DNA from: a bacterium
Lineage (GTDB): Bacteria; UBA8248
DNA: 64,000 bases
Direction of reading: 5' to 3'
Assembly (NCBI GenBank): GCA_965261085.1
Contig: OZ253442.1
Span: 1,184,001 to 1,248,000 of the forward strand
The notes beneath the pieces are model-generated. The model saw only the letters and a list, made by a program, of their open reading frames with translations, had not been told where the DNA came from and made no database searches. Every line of letters starts with the position of its first letter. The stretch's first letter is position 1. This document shows, piece by piece, positions 1 through 9,054 of the stretch. A program made the position numbers and the translations under genes.

Positions 1-465
1 GTCGCGCGCCTCCGCGGCTTCCGCCATCCGGGCGATGAAGCGCAAAAGCTCCGCCTGTTCCGCAGAAGGTTCTCCCTCAAGTCCGGCCGCCTCGAGCACG
101 ACCGCCTCGACCCGCCCGCAGAGCCGTCTCATGCGGTCCGTCGGCCGCAGCGAGGAGGCGGCGTCGGCTCCCAGCCACGCGACGCTCGCTTGAGAGAGCA
201 GCGCGTAGAGCGCCGCCTCCCGGACGCGCCTGCTCCCGGGTCCGCCCAGGTCCTCTATCGCCTCGCTCATCGTCACCGCGTGGGCCGCCAGGGAATGGAA
301 GCGCTTGAGTCGCCCGCCCCTTCGGCAGGTGTTGGCCAGCACGTGGGCCAGGGCCTCGAAGTCGACCGCTTCGGCCGTCAGCGATTCGGGGTCCCCCGGC
401 CAATCGAGGGGTCGATCCTCCGTCCCGCCCGCTGCGTGTGCGGATATCCTTCTTTTCGCGTTCAT
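1..465 (-). CDS. HD-domain (YfdR/5'-nucleotidase-like) protein with degenerate HD motif; runs off window edge
   Basis: ATG at 465 with GAAAGGAG RBS; frame open to position 1: ...VDFEALAHVLANTCRRGGRLKRFHSLAAHAV...AALYALLSQASVAWLGA, resembling the DIAHALS..CRF.GH...YSVAQH...ALLHDA.EAY.GD pattern. Confidence 0.6.
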   Translation of the reverse strand, partial: MNAKRRISAHAAGGTEDRPLDWPGDPESLTAEAVDFEALAHVLANTCRRGGRLKRFHSLAAHAVTMSEAIEDLGGPGSRRVREAALYALLSQASVAWLGADAASSLRPTDRMRRLCGRVEAVVLEAAGLEGEPSAEQAELLRFIARMAEAAEARD

Positions 466-535
466 GCGGTTTCTCCTTTCCCGTTGGTGGTTTCCTGTTC
501 CTGGTTCGTATTCGGGTATCAGGGGATGAAGGGGC

Positions 536-3037
536 TCACGGCCCGCCGTCCTCCGCGATGCGCGCGACCGCCTCCTCGGTGCTGAGGCCCTCTTCCTTCA
601 ATTTTTCGATGGCGGCGAAGGCGGGCCCGCGCGATGAATAGAGCGCGGACGATGCGCGGTCGAGCACCAGCCGCGCCACGCGCCACCCGTCCGGACCGTG
701 CAGCACCAACTCGGCGTGGCGCCCGTCCACGGTGGCGAGGCTCTTGAGCGCCCGCTCCATGCCGGGGTCGCAGTGGATGCGCTTTTCCTGTTTGAGGAGT
801 TCGACGGACTCGTCCTTCTGGGCCAGGAAGATCGTCCAGTCGGCGTTGTCCCAGGCCGCCCGCGCCGCGGGGTTGGCGTAATAGTCGTTCACGCTCTGGG
901 TGCCGGTGACGAGTGCGCCCCTATACTTGCGCGCCCGCCGCGCCGCGCCCTCCAGGAACGCGCGGCTGTCCTCGCCCGAGAGCAGGTCCCATGCCTCATC
1001 GATAACGATCGCCTTGGGCCGCGTCCTCGGGCCGTGGTACATGCGTTGGGTGGCGAGAAAGACCACGAGCATGAGCACCACGCCCTGCAGGTCGCCCCGG
1101 CCCTTTAGTTCCGCGAGTTCGAACACGGTGAGCGCGGCGTCCAGAGCGGGGGTCTCGCCCCCCTCGAATAGCCGTCCAAGCGCGCCGCCCGGGCGCCAGG
1201 GGCCGAGAGCGAGCGCCATGTCGGACGCCCGCCTGTCGCCCGCAGCCTCGAGTCCCCGCTGCACGGCGCCCAGATCCGCGTCGTTTCCGGACTCCTCCCA
1301 GGCGCGCGCGATGGCCTCATCGATCAGCGCCGCCTCGATGTCGTCGATCCGGCCGCGCCTCCTGCACATGCGCCCGACCACGGCGGCCAGCATGGCGAAG
1401 CATTCCTCCCGGTAGTCGCCGTCGCGCGCCGCGGTCTCCGCATCGATCATGGCGAAGGGGTTCAACCGCGCGGGGTCCTTGCCGAAGGCGATGAAGGCGC
1501 CGCCCAGGGCTTCCGCCGTGTGCTGGAACGAACGCCCATCATCAATGACCACGGCTTCCCCGCCCGCGCCCGCGATGCCGGCGACGAGCTCCTGCATGAG
1601 AACCGACTTGCCCGAGCCCGATTTTCCCGTCACGGCTACGTTGTAGTTCCCCGCCTCGTTGGCGAAGGGGGACCAGCAGGCGGGCTGGCCCCGCCTCCCC
1701 ACCAGCAACAATGCGGGCGGCGCGTCGGGCGTCGTACGCTGGCCGCGCCACTCGCCGTGCACGGGGGCGAGGTTCACGGCGGATGAGGTGAGCAGGGTCT
1801 TCATCCGGCCCATCCGGGCGAGGTCGGCGTCGAGTCCGCCTGCCGGGACCATGGGCAGGCAGGAGAGCCAACCCGGCAGGTGGGCGTAGCGCTCCGCCCC
1901 CAAGCGCCAGCCCTGGCCGTGGTAGATGGCGCGCACCGCCTGTTCGGCCTCGTCGATTCCGTCGAGCGGCGCGTAGACACAGATGGTGTAACTCGCCCGG
2001 ACCAGGCGCTCGCCTTCCTTGAGCCGTTCGGTCACGAAGCGCCAGTCCCGGGCCTTCTCCGGGAGGCCGGGCAGGTAGCGCGCGATGCCCGTGCCCGCCT
2101 GTTGCGTCGCCCGGGCGGATTTGAGAAATGCGCGCTCACCGTCGGCCGCCTCGCCCATCATCACGGTGAGCGCGGTCAGTACCGGGGCGCCCGGCTGCAG
2201 AAAGTCGCGATGGAAATCGCCGATCAGCGCGTTGCCGCGCCAGCCGGGCCAGACCTCAGGATATGCGCGTGCGGAGAGTACGCGCACCGCCACGTCCGTC
2301 CCCGCGGGATGGTGGAAGACCAGCCCCGCCGGCGCCACGCTCATCGCACGGCCGGGCGCCGCGCACTGCAGGTGAATCGGGTCGCGCGGCGACCAGCGCC
2401 TCTCGGGACGATTAAGCCCGCCGTCGTGTTCTCCCTCCGGGTCGGGCGCCGTGAGTTCCGCCGCGAGTGATAACAACCCGTCCGGCTCGAGCCTTCGCGC
2501 CCAGGTCCCGATCGAGGCGAGAGCGCCCTCGAGCGCACGGCGGAAGCCGCCGAGCGCGGTCTCTGACGCCGGTCCCGGCCGGCCCGGCAGGCAGGCCGTC
2601 AGGAACACCCGGCAGTCGTTCAGCGTGAACGGCGGCCCGCCCGCATGAAGCGGGCGCCAGCCGGCGCCCGAGAAGAGGGCCTCGCGGCGCGCCGCCATCA
2701 CGGCTTGCAGGCCGCCCGCTCCCTCCCTAGGTTGCGCCCAGTCCCTGATCGCCGCCCCGTAGCGCGGGCTCGTCCAGTGGATGACCTGCACCACCGAGCG
2801 CTCGGGCGCCGAGTCGGCCAGGGTCCCGGCCAGCGCGTCCAGCGTCCCCTCGTCGATTCCCGCGAAGGGCGGGAGTTCCAGAACGAAGCCGCAACTCGCG
2901 GCGTTGACGTAGAACTCGCCCGCCTCGTCCCAGGCCCGCCAGGGCAGCAAGTCGACGAGCGGCGCCGGCATGGCCGGGAGCGTCCAGGGCTGGAGCGCGT
3001 CAGGTCCTTTGAGCAAATCCTTCAAACGTTCGATCAC
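536..3037 (-). CDS. traC: F-type T4SS ATPase TraC (VirB4 family)
   Basis: Walker A TGKSGSGKS, NYNVAV, IDDGRSF, Walker B IVIDEAW, RRARKYRG; GTG start overlaps traV stop (GTGA). Confidence 0.93.
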   Translation of the reverse strand: MIERLKDLLKGPDALQPWTLPAMPAPLVDLLPWRAWDEAGEFYVNAASCGFVLELPPFAGIDEGTLDALAGTLADSAPERSVVQVIHWTSPRYGAAIRDWAQPREGAGGLQAVMAARREALFSGAGWRPLHAGGPPFTLNDCRVFLTACLPGRPGPASETALGGFRRALEGALASIGTWARRLEPDGLLSLAAELTAPDPEGEHDGGLNRPERRWSPRDPIHLQCAAPGRAMSVAPAGLVFHHPAGTDVAVRVLSARAYPEVWPGWRGNALIGDFHRDFLQPGAPVLTALTVMMGEAADGERAFLKSARATQQAGTGIARYLPGLPEKARDWRFVTERLKEGERLVRASYTICVYAPLDGIDEAEQAVRAIYHGQGWRLGAERYAHLPGWLSCLPMVPAGGLDADLARMGRMKTLLTSSAVNLAPVHGEWRGQRTTPDAPPALLLVGRRGQPACWSPFANEAGNYNVAVTGKSGSGKSVLMQELVAGIAGAGGEAVVIDDGRSFQHTAEALGGAFIAFGKDPARLNPFAMIDAETAARDGDYREECFAMLAAVVGRMCRRRGRIDDIEAALIDEAIARAWEESGNDADLGAVQRGLEAAGDRRASDMALALGPWRPGGALGRLFEGGETPALDAALTVFELAELKGRGDLQGVVLMLVVFLATQRMYHGPRTRPKAIVIDEAWDLLSGEDSRAFLEGAARRARKYRGALVTGTQSVNDYYANPAARAAWDNADWTIFLAQKDESVELLKQEKRIHCDPGMERALKSLATVDGRHAELVLHGPDGWRVARLVLDRASSALYSSRGPAFAAIEKLKEEGLSTEEAVARIAEDGGP

Positions 3038-3534
3038 GGTAGCCTCCAACTCGCGGGCTCGACCACGACCCGCACCCAGCCCCCTTCGCGGTAGACGCCT
3101 TCCGCGTCCACGAAGGGCGCGATCCATATCCGCGCGATCCTCTCCTTCGTGCGGAAGTTTTCATCGGCCGGAGCGGGGGTGTCTTGCACCGGTGGCAGGG
3201 ATAATGGTTCGGCGGTAGCCGCGCCTTCGTCGTGTTCCTCGTCGGGACTGAAGAGTTCGGCGAACCAGGCGAGGAAGCCGCCCAGGGTTTCGGACACGGG
3301 AGTTTCCACGCGGCGAAGCGGGACCGGGAAGGCAGTCTTTCGTGCTTCTTCCTGCGCCGAGACCGCAGGGTCCGCCTCGGATACGCTCGCACACGCCACG
3401 CCCTGCGCCAGGGGGCATTGCCAGGCCTCGCCCACGTGGCTACCCCCCGCGCAGCCGGCGAGGAGCGCCGCTCCCAGGAGCATCGTGATCGGCCGCCAGG
3501 GTTTTCCGGTTCGTTGATGGATCGTAGTACTCAT
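3034..3534 (-). CDS. traV: Conjugal transfer lipoprotein TraV
   Basis: Lipobox LLAGC, Cys pair WQCPLAQGVAC, RT.ERIARIWIAPFVD.EG motif, position between traB and traC. Confidence 0.88.
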   Translation of the reverse strand: MSTTIHQRTGKPWRPITMLLGAALLAGCAGGSHVGEAWQCPLAQGVACASVSEADPAVSAQEEARKTAFPVPLRRVETPVSETLGGFLAWFAELFSPDEEHDEGAATAEPLSLPPVQDTPAPADENFRTKERIARIWIAPFVDAEGVYREGGWVRVVVEPASWRLP

Positions 3535-4784
3535 CCGTTTCTCCTCTGCTTGTCGCCTGTTTTTTTCTTCTTCTCCTCACGCCCGTCGATCCGGGCGCCC
3601 TCGATGAACACGACCGTCACCCGCGTACCCGTCTGCAACTGGATTACGGGCTGGTACTGCTCGGCCCGGCGGATCAGGTAATCGGCGACCCTGCGCCCGG
3701 CCGATGCAGCGCCGGCGCCCAGACCCGCGCGGCCCAGATCGCGGAGGCCCGCCGCGTTCGCGGCGCCCTCCGTCCCGGTCGGGGTTTGAAGCAGGTTGGC
3801 CGCGGTCTCCCCCGCGCCGGATACCAGACCCGCCAAGAAGGCCTTTTCCACCAGCGCGCCCTCGCGGCTCACCACCGGACCCCGCACGCCGGCCTTCCCG
3901 CCGCCCGCGACGAAACCCGTGACTTTCGTCTCAATCACGGTCTCGGGATCCGGCCCGGCGCAGGTCATGGTCTGCAGCCGCACGTAGATTTTTTCCGAAG
4001 AAAGGTCCCCGTAGGTGGCGCCCGTCAGCGTGCAGCCCGCAACGTCGGTTTCGAGCGCTTCTCCGTCCGAAGCCGCGCTCTTCGCCTTGCCCGTCAGTCG
4101 CAGCAATACCGGCCGCGGGTCGCCTTGGGAGGAGACGCCCACCGAGGCGTCCACACCGGCCAGCACCACCGCCTCCGCGTAGGCGCCCGCGGGCAGCCAG
4201 GAGGAAAGCGGACGGGGTCCCGTGTCAGGGGTGTTTTTACCTGCCGGTCCCGCACCGGTCTCGAACTCCCGGATCATCGGTGTGATGGGTGCGCCAAGGT
4301 CGCCCGGCGCAGCGGAGGCCCTCCCGCCGGAAGCGGGGCGGCCTCCCTTCGAACCCGGAGCAGTCCGTTTAGCCGGAACCGGCGCGGCCGGGCGGGTTTC
4401 GAGCCTCTTGCGCATCTCCTCGATCATCGCCGCCTGCCGGTCGATCACCATCCGGCCGTCCTCGGCGCCCCGCGCGAGGCTCTCGCGGAGCTTGGCGTTC
4501 TCCCCCTCGAAGCGCCGGCTCTTGGTTTCCATCTCCCGGAGCCGCGTTTCCAACTGGCCTATCCGCGCCTCGGAGCGCCGCACCCAGACCGCCTCCGCCG
4601 ATCTGGAGCCGGCCAGTTCCGCCCTGATCCCGCCCCGTGGCGGCGGCGCCTCGCCGCCGCCCGCCGAGAACCAGACCGCGAACGCGATCAATAACGCCGC
4701 GGCGATACCCGAGAACAGCAGCAGCTGTCGCCCGCGGACCCGTCTGCTCTCCGGGTCCATCGGGGTTTTATCCTGTCCACTCAT
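3531..4784 (-). CDS. traB: F-type pilus assembly protein TraB (VirB10-like)
   Basis: N-terminal TM, coiled coil, LPAGAYAEAVVLAGVDA, GDLSSEKIYVR, GVRGPVVSREG, RAEQYQPVI. Confidence 0.9.
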   Translation of the reverse strand: MSGQDKTPMDPESRRVRGRQLLLFSGIAAALLIAFAVWFSAGGGEAPPPRGGIRAELAGSRSAEAVWVRRSEARIGQLETRLREMETKSRRFEGENAKLRESLARGAEDGRMVIDRQAAMIEEMRKRLETRPAAPVPAKRTAPGSKGGRPASGGRASAAPGDLGAPITPMIREFETGAGPAGKNTPDTGPRPLSSWLPAGAYAEAVVLAGVDASVGVSSQGDPRPVLLRLTGKAKSAASDGEALETDVAGCTLTGATYGDLSSEKIYVRLQTMTCAGPDPETVIETKVTGFVAGGGKAGVRGPVVSREGALVEKAFLAGLVSGAGETAANLLQTPTGTEGAANAAGLRDLGRAGLGAGAASAGRRVADYLIRRAEQYQPVIQLQTGTRVTVVFIEGARIDGREEKKKKTGDKQRRNG

Positions 4785-5530
4785 CGCGCCGACCCCATCC
4801 GGGAGGCTTCGCGCACCGCCACGGCGAGCCGTCCGCCCGAGGGGCCGCTCGCAGGCTCCGCCAGCCAGAGCGCGGCGACGCCCGGCGCGAGACTTTGCAT
4901 GAGTGTTTCGAAGTCGTCCCCCAGACTTAAGTCCGCCTCGAACACGCGCGCGATAAAGCGCGGCCCGCGCCAGACCTCGATAAGCGTGAGGCCCTCCGTC
5001 TCGGGCGTTCCCGCCCGCCTCTCGATCACGTAGCCCGGAGGAATCTCGCGCCGCGCCACCGCGCGCACGAGCGCCACCAGCGCGCCCACGCGACGGTCGC
5101 CCGGTCTCGGAATAGCCGGTTCTTGCGCCGCGGCCGCGTTCCGGATCAGTATCTGCGCGGAACCCTGCTCGGTCGCCCGGAGCGTCAGTAGGTAGGTGAA
5201 GCCTTTCACCGTCCCGATGAACAGCGTCACGGGCTTGCGGGCGAGGTTCTCGTGGTCCAAAGGCCGCAGGTAGATGTCCCCGCGCGACTTGTCGTGCTCC
5301 ACCGCGAAACCATCCGGTCCTCGGATCACGCGCGCGACCCGATCGTCCGCCAGCGCGATACGGCTCACCGCCCGGTCCGATATCACGGCTTCCAGTTCCG
5401 CGTGGTCGGCGGCTTCGAGTATCTGCATCGCAGACGCCGGAGCCGCCGACCAGAGGAAGATCGCCGCCAGGAGGAGCGCCGCGACCGGCGGGGCAGCCAG
5501 GTTTTTGGGGGTATTCCTCGTTCGCGTCAT
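4781..5530 (-). CDS. traK: F-type secretin-like TraK
   Basis: Signal peptide, SRIALADDRV, GDIYLRP, TLFIGT..GFTY; ATG overlaps traE stop. Confidence 0.85.
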   Translation of the reverse strand: MTRTRNTPKNLAAPPVAALLLAAIFLWSAAPASAMQILEAADHAELEAVISDRAVSRIALADDRVARVIRGPDGFAVEHDKSRGDIYLRPLDHENLARKPVTLFIGTVKGFTYLLTLRATEQGSAQILIRNAAAAQEPAIPRPGDRRVGALVALVRAVARREIPPGYVIERRAGTPETEGLTLIEVWRGPRFIARVFEADLSLGDDFETLMQSLAPGVAALWLAEPASGPSGGRLAVAVREASRMGSAR

Positions 5531-6084
5531 TTTTTCTCCTCCAGTTCTTCGAAACGAAGCAGCCCGATCCGGCCCGCGTCCACGCGGAAGGACAGCCGGT
5601 AGCGTTTCCTCGCGCGAGATACCGGCTCGCGCCCCACCCAGGTCGCGAGTTCCCCGCTCACCACGACGGTGAGCGTTCCGGTGTCCGCCTCGATACGACC
5701 GGGATAGAAGGCCGTCGAGAGGTCGCGGCGCGCCATGCGACCGGCTTCGGCCGCGACCCAGGCCCCGATCGCGCCGCGGGCGGAGGCGTGGGCGAGCCGC
5801 GCCGCCGCCTCGCGGGCGTGTTCCGCGTTCTCGGGAGTCAGCGTCAGCAGCGTCACGGCGACGGTCCGCCCCATGTCTTCCAAGTACCTGCTCCCGGCCC
5901 GCCCGCCGCCGACCTCCCACGCCGGTCCCGTGACCGCCGGGACCAGCACCGTCATGCGCTCCACCGAGGCGAGAGCGATGCTCAGTCCCAGGTTGGCCAG
6001 GAGCGAGAGGGCGAGCAGCACGGCCAGCGCCGCGCGCCCGTCCCTCACCTGCCGCCTCTGCGCTTCCATCATGTCGCGTCTCAT
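5527..6084 (-). CDS. traE: Conjugal transfer protein TraE
   Basis: N-terminal TM then TVLVP, YLEDM...LLTLTPEN; synteny. Confidence 0.85.
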   Translation of the reverse strand: MRRDMMEAQRRQVRDGRAALAVLLALSLLANLGLSIALASVERMTVLVPAVTGPAWEVGGGRAGSRYLEDMGRTVAVTLLTLTPENAEHAREAAARLAHASARGAIGAWVAAEAGRMARRDLSTAFYPGRIEADTGTLTVVVSGELATWVGREPVSRARKRYRLSFRVDAGRIGLLRFEELEEKK

Positions 6085-6094
6085 TAAATCCTCC

Positions 6095-6388
6095 TCATCC
6101 GGTGAAGCGGCGCAGGTGGCTCGGCGGTGCGCCCCTGAGTCCCAGCACGAAGCCCGGCAGGAACCAGTAGAGCGCGCAGATCGCGACATCCGCCCCGCCT
6201 CCCCGCTTGGCCCGGCGCAGCAGGGCCCAGCCCGCAAGACCGCTCAGGAGACCGGTCACGAAGGCGTTGGCCGCCAGCCCCAGGAGAGCCGGCCCCAGAA
6301 GGGCCGCCGCCTCGTCCAGTGTCCAGAACAGCCAGCGTTCGGGGTCGTCCAGGCGCGAGGGGATCGCGTGCTTCGCCTGATCGCTCAT
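6095..6388 (-). CDS. traL: Conjugal transfer protein TraL
   Basis: IPSRLDDP.R.LFWTLDE and LYWFLP motifs, 97 aa. Confidence 0.9.
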   Translation of the reverse strand: MSDQAKHAIPSRLDDPERWLFWTLDEAAALLGPALLGLAANAFVTGLLSGLAGWALLRRAKRGGGADVAICALYWFLPGFVLGLRGAPPSHLRRFTG

Positions 6389-6400
6389 TCACGGCCCCCC

Positions 6401-6697
6401 TCATATGATCGCCGTGCCGACCAGCCCGGTGACGACGCCCGTCCCGGCGCCTGCCGCGATGCCCACCCCGACCGCGCCCGCCAACTGCGCGGCGTTGAAG
6501 CGCATGACCGAACCCACCAGGGCGGCGCCCACCGCGAGCGCGGCCGCGAGCTGTCCGCCCGTGCCCGAGACGATCCCGGTCACCGTGCCGAGCGGACCCG
6601 CGAACGTCGTGTCCGTCGTGGCCCAGGCAGCATCCAGACGCCAGAGCGCCCAAATGAGCGCCGTTAGAACGTGTTTTCCAAAGAAGAAGTTTTTCAT
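6401..6697 (-). CDS. traA: Conjugative pilin (TraA-like)
   Basis: 98 aa, leader peptide plus two Gly/Ala-rich hydrophobic helices, first structural gene before traL; GGAGG RBS. Confidence 0.75.
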   Translation of the reverse strand: MKNFFFGKHVLTALIWALWRLDAAWATTDTTFAGPLGTVTGIVSGTGGQLAAALAVGAALVGSVMRFNAAQLAGAVGVGIAAGAGTGVVTGLVGTAII

Positions 6698-7449
6698 CGC
6701 GTATTCCTCCCCAGGGCCAGGGCCCCTCCGTCGTCGGACGTGGACACCCGCCGCCGCGCCGAGGCCCACGCCTCGATGTCGGCGAGCAGGTAGCGAACCC
6801 GGGAGCCGAAGCGGTGGAATACCGGTCCCTCGCCGCTCACACGGTAGCGGTCCAGCGTCCTCGGCGAGAGGCCCAGCCATTCCGCCGCCTCCCGTGTGCT
6901 TAGGTAGTTCCTGCCGTTCTCGTTCATGCGCATTTCTCCTTTCCGTTCGAAATCGGCCCCGGTGGTCGGGGCCTTTGCTGTGAATGCGCCGGGTGTCCTC
7001 CCGGCGAAAGGGTCCGTTATGTCCGTCAGCCTGTCCCGGATGGCCCGGAGCTCATCTTCCCTCGCGTGCGCAGCCATCCAGGCGCGCATCCGGTCGACCG
7101 TCCTGAGCAGTGGCGGGTACCCCCTGCGCAGCCTTCCCACGAAGGAGGGATTACAGACGGCTTCTTCGCCCAGCACCGAGGGCTTGGTCCCGGACACGGC
7201 CAGGAACGCCTCGACCTCGCGCCGGAAGACCGGACCCAGCGGCGGATACCCCATGAAGGCCAGCACCCGGTCCGCCGTCACCAGGCGCACCGAACGCCCC
7301 CGTAACTGCGAGGCCACGAAATCCGGATCGCCCAGCGCGTCTATCCCGAAGCGACTCACGCACACCCCGTGGCGCGCGCGCCAGGCCGCAACGATCCGCC
7401 TCAAACGATCGTCCGAAGTCATGTCGGTATGGGTATCGAACGTCTTCAT
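6694..7449 (-). CDS. Regulator: two tandem Cro-like repeats fused to an excisionase/AlpA-like HTH
   Basis: Repeated motif FG.DALGDPDFV..LRGRS.RL.TADRV.AFM / LGEEAV.NPSFV.RLRRG..P.LRTVDRMRAWM; C-terminal YLSTREAAEWLGLSPRTLDRYRVSGEGP. Confidence 0.75.
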   Translation of the reverse strand: MKTFDTHTDMTSDDRLRRIVAAWRARHGVCVSRFGIDALGDPDFVASQLRGRSVRLVTADRVLAFMGYPPLGPVFRREVEAFLAVSGTKPSVLGEEAVCNPSFVGRLRRGYPPLLRTVDRMRAWMAAHAREDELRAIRDRLTDITDPFAGRTPGAFTAKAPTTGADFERKGEMRMNENGRNYLSTREAAEWLGLSPRTLDRYRVSGEGPVFHRFGSRVRYLLADIEAWASARRRVSTSDDGGALALGRNTR

Positions 7450-7478
7450 GCAGGCGAACATAAGGGAATCATTTTTGT

Positions 7479-7506
7479 TTGACAATAGTTTTACGTAGTG
7501 TATAAC
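7479..7506 (+). promoter_or_regulatory. Putative sigma70 promoter of the repressor gene
   Basis: TTGACA-N16-TATAAC in the AT-rich divergent spacer. Confidence 0.55.
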
Positions 7507-7555
7507 CTTAGTTTACATTAAGTTTGCGCCCACATTTGCGCCCGGCTGCGCAGGG

Positions 7556-8359
7556 ATGCGGCAAAAAAAACGGGGATTTTCCCGCGACGGTGGAATGAAA
7601 GGGGGCAGAATGAACGAGTACGGAAAAAAGGACGAGAGGGAGGCGCTCCGGCGCGACCCGGTCCGTCTCAGGCTGAAGGAACTCCTGCGGAGCAACGACC
7701 TCACCCTCTCCGCGGTATCGCTGGCCATCGGCCGCAACCAGACCTATCTGCAGCAGTACGTTGACCGCGGCGTGCCCGTGGTGCTCGGATACCGCGATAG
7801 CGAAACCCTGGCCGAACTCCTCGGATGCGACCCTGAGGAACTCCGCCACGAGACCGTGCCGAAACGAAAACCCATGACGCGCAAGCGGCCCGGGCCGCTG
7901 CCCGGGCTTCCCGGCGCGCCGGTGGTGGCCGTCCCGGAGATCACGTCGGAGGCCGCCGTCGCCGAGGCGCTCACCGGCGAGCGCGCCCCGGAACTCGAGC
8001 GCTGGGGCTGGCCGTTGAACATCATCCGCTACGAGTCGGGCGCCGCGCTCGGGAACCTGCGCATCATCAGGGTGCGGGGCAACTCGATGGAGCCCGAGAT
8101 GCGCGAGGGTGACCGCATCCTGGTCGACGCCTCGAACAAGCTGCCGGTCACGGGCGAGAAGTACTTGCTCTGGGACGGCAACGGGCTGGTCGTCAAGCGG
8201 GTCGAGGTGGTCCACCGTGATGCGGCGGACGGGGACGAACCGCCCCGGCTCAGGCTGATCTCCGCCAACCCCGACTACGCCCCCTATTCATGCCTCGCCC
8301 GGGACGTCCACGTCTTCGGCAAGGTGTGGTGGGTGGTGGGGCGGGTGGCGCATGGATGA
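7556..8359 (+). CDS. CI/LexA-like repressor with S24 peptidase domain
   Basis: N-terminal HTH (LSAVSLAIGRNQTYLQQY), catalytic Ser in VRGNSMEP and Lys in VVKR, ISANPDY; true start may be 7610. Confidence 0.88.
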   Translation: MRQKKRGFSRDGGMKGGRMNEYGKKDEREALRRDPVRLRLKELLRSNDLTLSAVSLAIGRNQTYLQQYVDRGVPVVLGYRDSETLAELLGCDPEELRHETVPKRKPMTRKRPGPLPGLPGAPVVAVPEITSEAAVAEALTGERAPELERWGWPLNIIRYESGAALGNLRIIRVRGNSMEPEMREGDRILVDASNKLPVTGEKYLLWDGNGLVVKRVEVVHRDAADGDEPPRLRLISANPDYAPYSCLARDVHVFGKVWWVVGRVAHG

Positions 8360-8738
8360 CGCAGGGAATGTCGGCAGGTCGGAGGACGGGTAAGGGAAAA
8401 CGGTCAATGAGACGGGATTGGGAAAACCAGTGACGATGCAAGGGCTTCGAGCCCGCCAAAGCGATTCGGACCCGATCCGCGCATCTCCATACGGGCCCGC
8501 GGCAAGAGTGAAGCGCCAAAATCGAGAGGTCTGACATAAGACTGCGCCTGACCGCGTACCGAACCGTTCGAACAACATGCTTGCGTTCAAGGGGTCGTCC
8601 ACATACATTCAGTCGTCGGGTGAGATCGTCGCCGGCGCCAGAGGCAGTTGTTGGTATTGCGCGGCGTAGTCGGTTTGGACCCATGCTTTCCTGACCCCCA
8701 TCACCCCACGGTTGAATGGTTCGACGACAGGTACCCGC

Positions 8739-8899
8739 CGGGATGCGCAGAAGTTTTAATGAACCCGCTTTCGTTTTGATTACGAATTGCAGAAGGCAGA
8801 TTCTGAACAAGTTCGGAAAATTTATATATCCAAAATAATTTCAATAAGATATAGGGGTTTCATAGCCGATCAAAACCTCTTGATTTCTCTAAGGCGAGC
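8739..8899 (+). repeat. Direct repeat copy 1 (161 bp, AT-rich)
   Basis: Ungapped match to 29402-29562, about 11 mismatches by manual comparison. Confidence 0.95.
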
Positions 8900-8913
8900 C
8901 AATGGCGCGAAAC

Positions 8914-8942
8914 TTGAGAACGGGCGGCGGTTGCCGTATAAT
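8914..8942 (+). promoter_or_regulatory. Putative sigma70 promoter of the ABC/CMD/DsbA operon
   Basis: TTGAGA-N17-TATAAT. Confidence 0.6.
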
Positions 8943-9054
8943 TTCAGAGTATATGGGAAATTTCGGTTGAAGGGACTTCGGATGCTCAGGGATGGGGGAG
9001 GCCAAAAAGTGGCCTCGCACTTCGGTGTTGTTCCACTTTGTGGAGGAAAATAAA

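Larger units (their letters stand above)
1..8359. mobile_element. Segment of an F-type conjugative element (ICE or integrated plasmid)
   Basis: Canonical traA-L-E-K-B-V-C order plus divergent S24 repressor; integrase and relaxase are not in the window. Confidence 0.75.
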
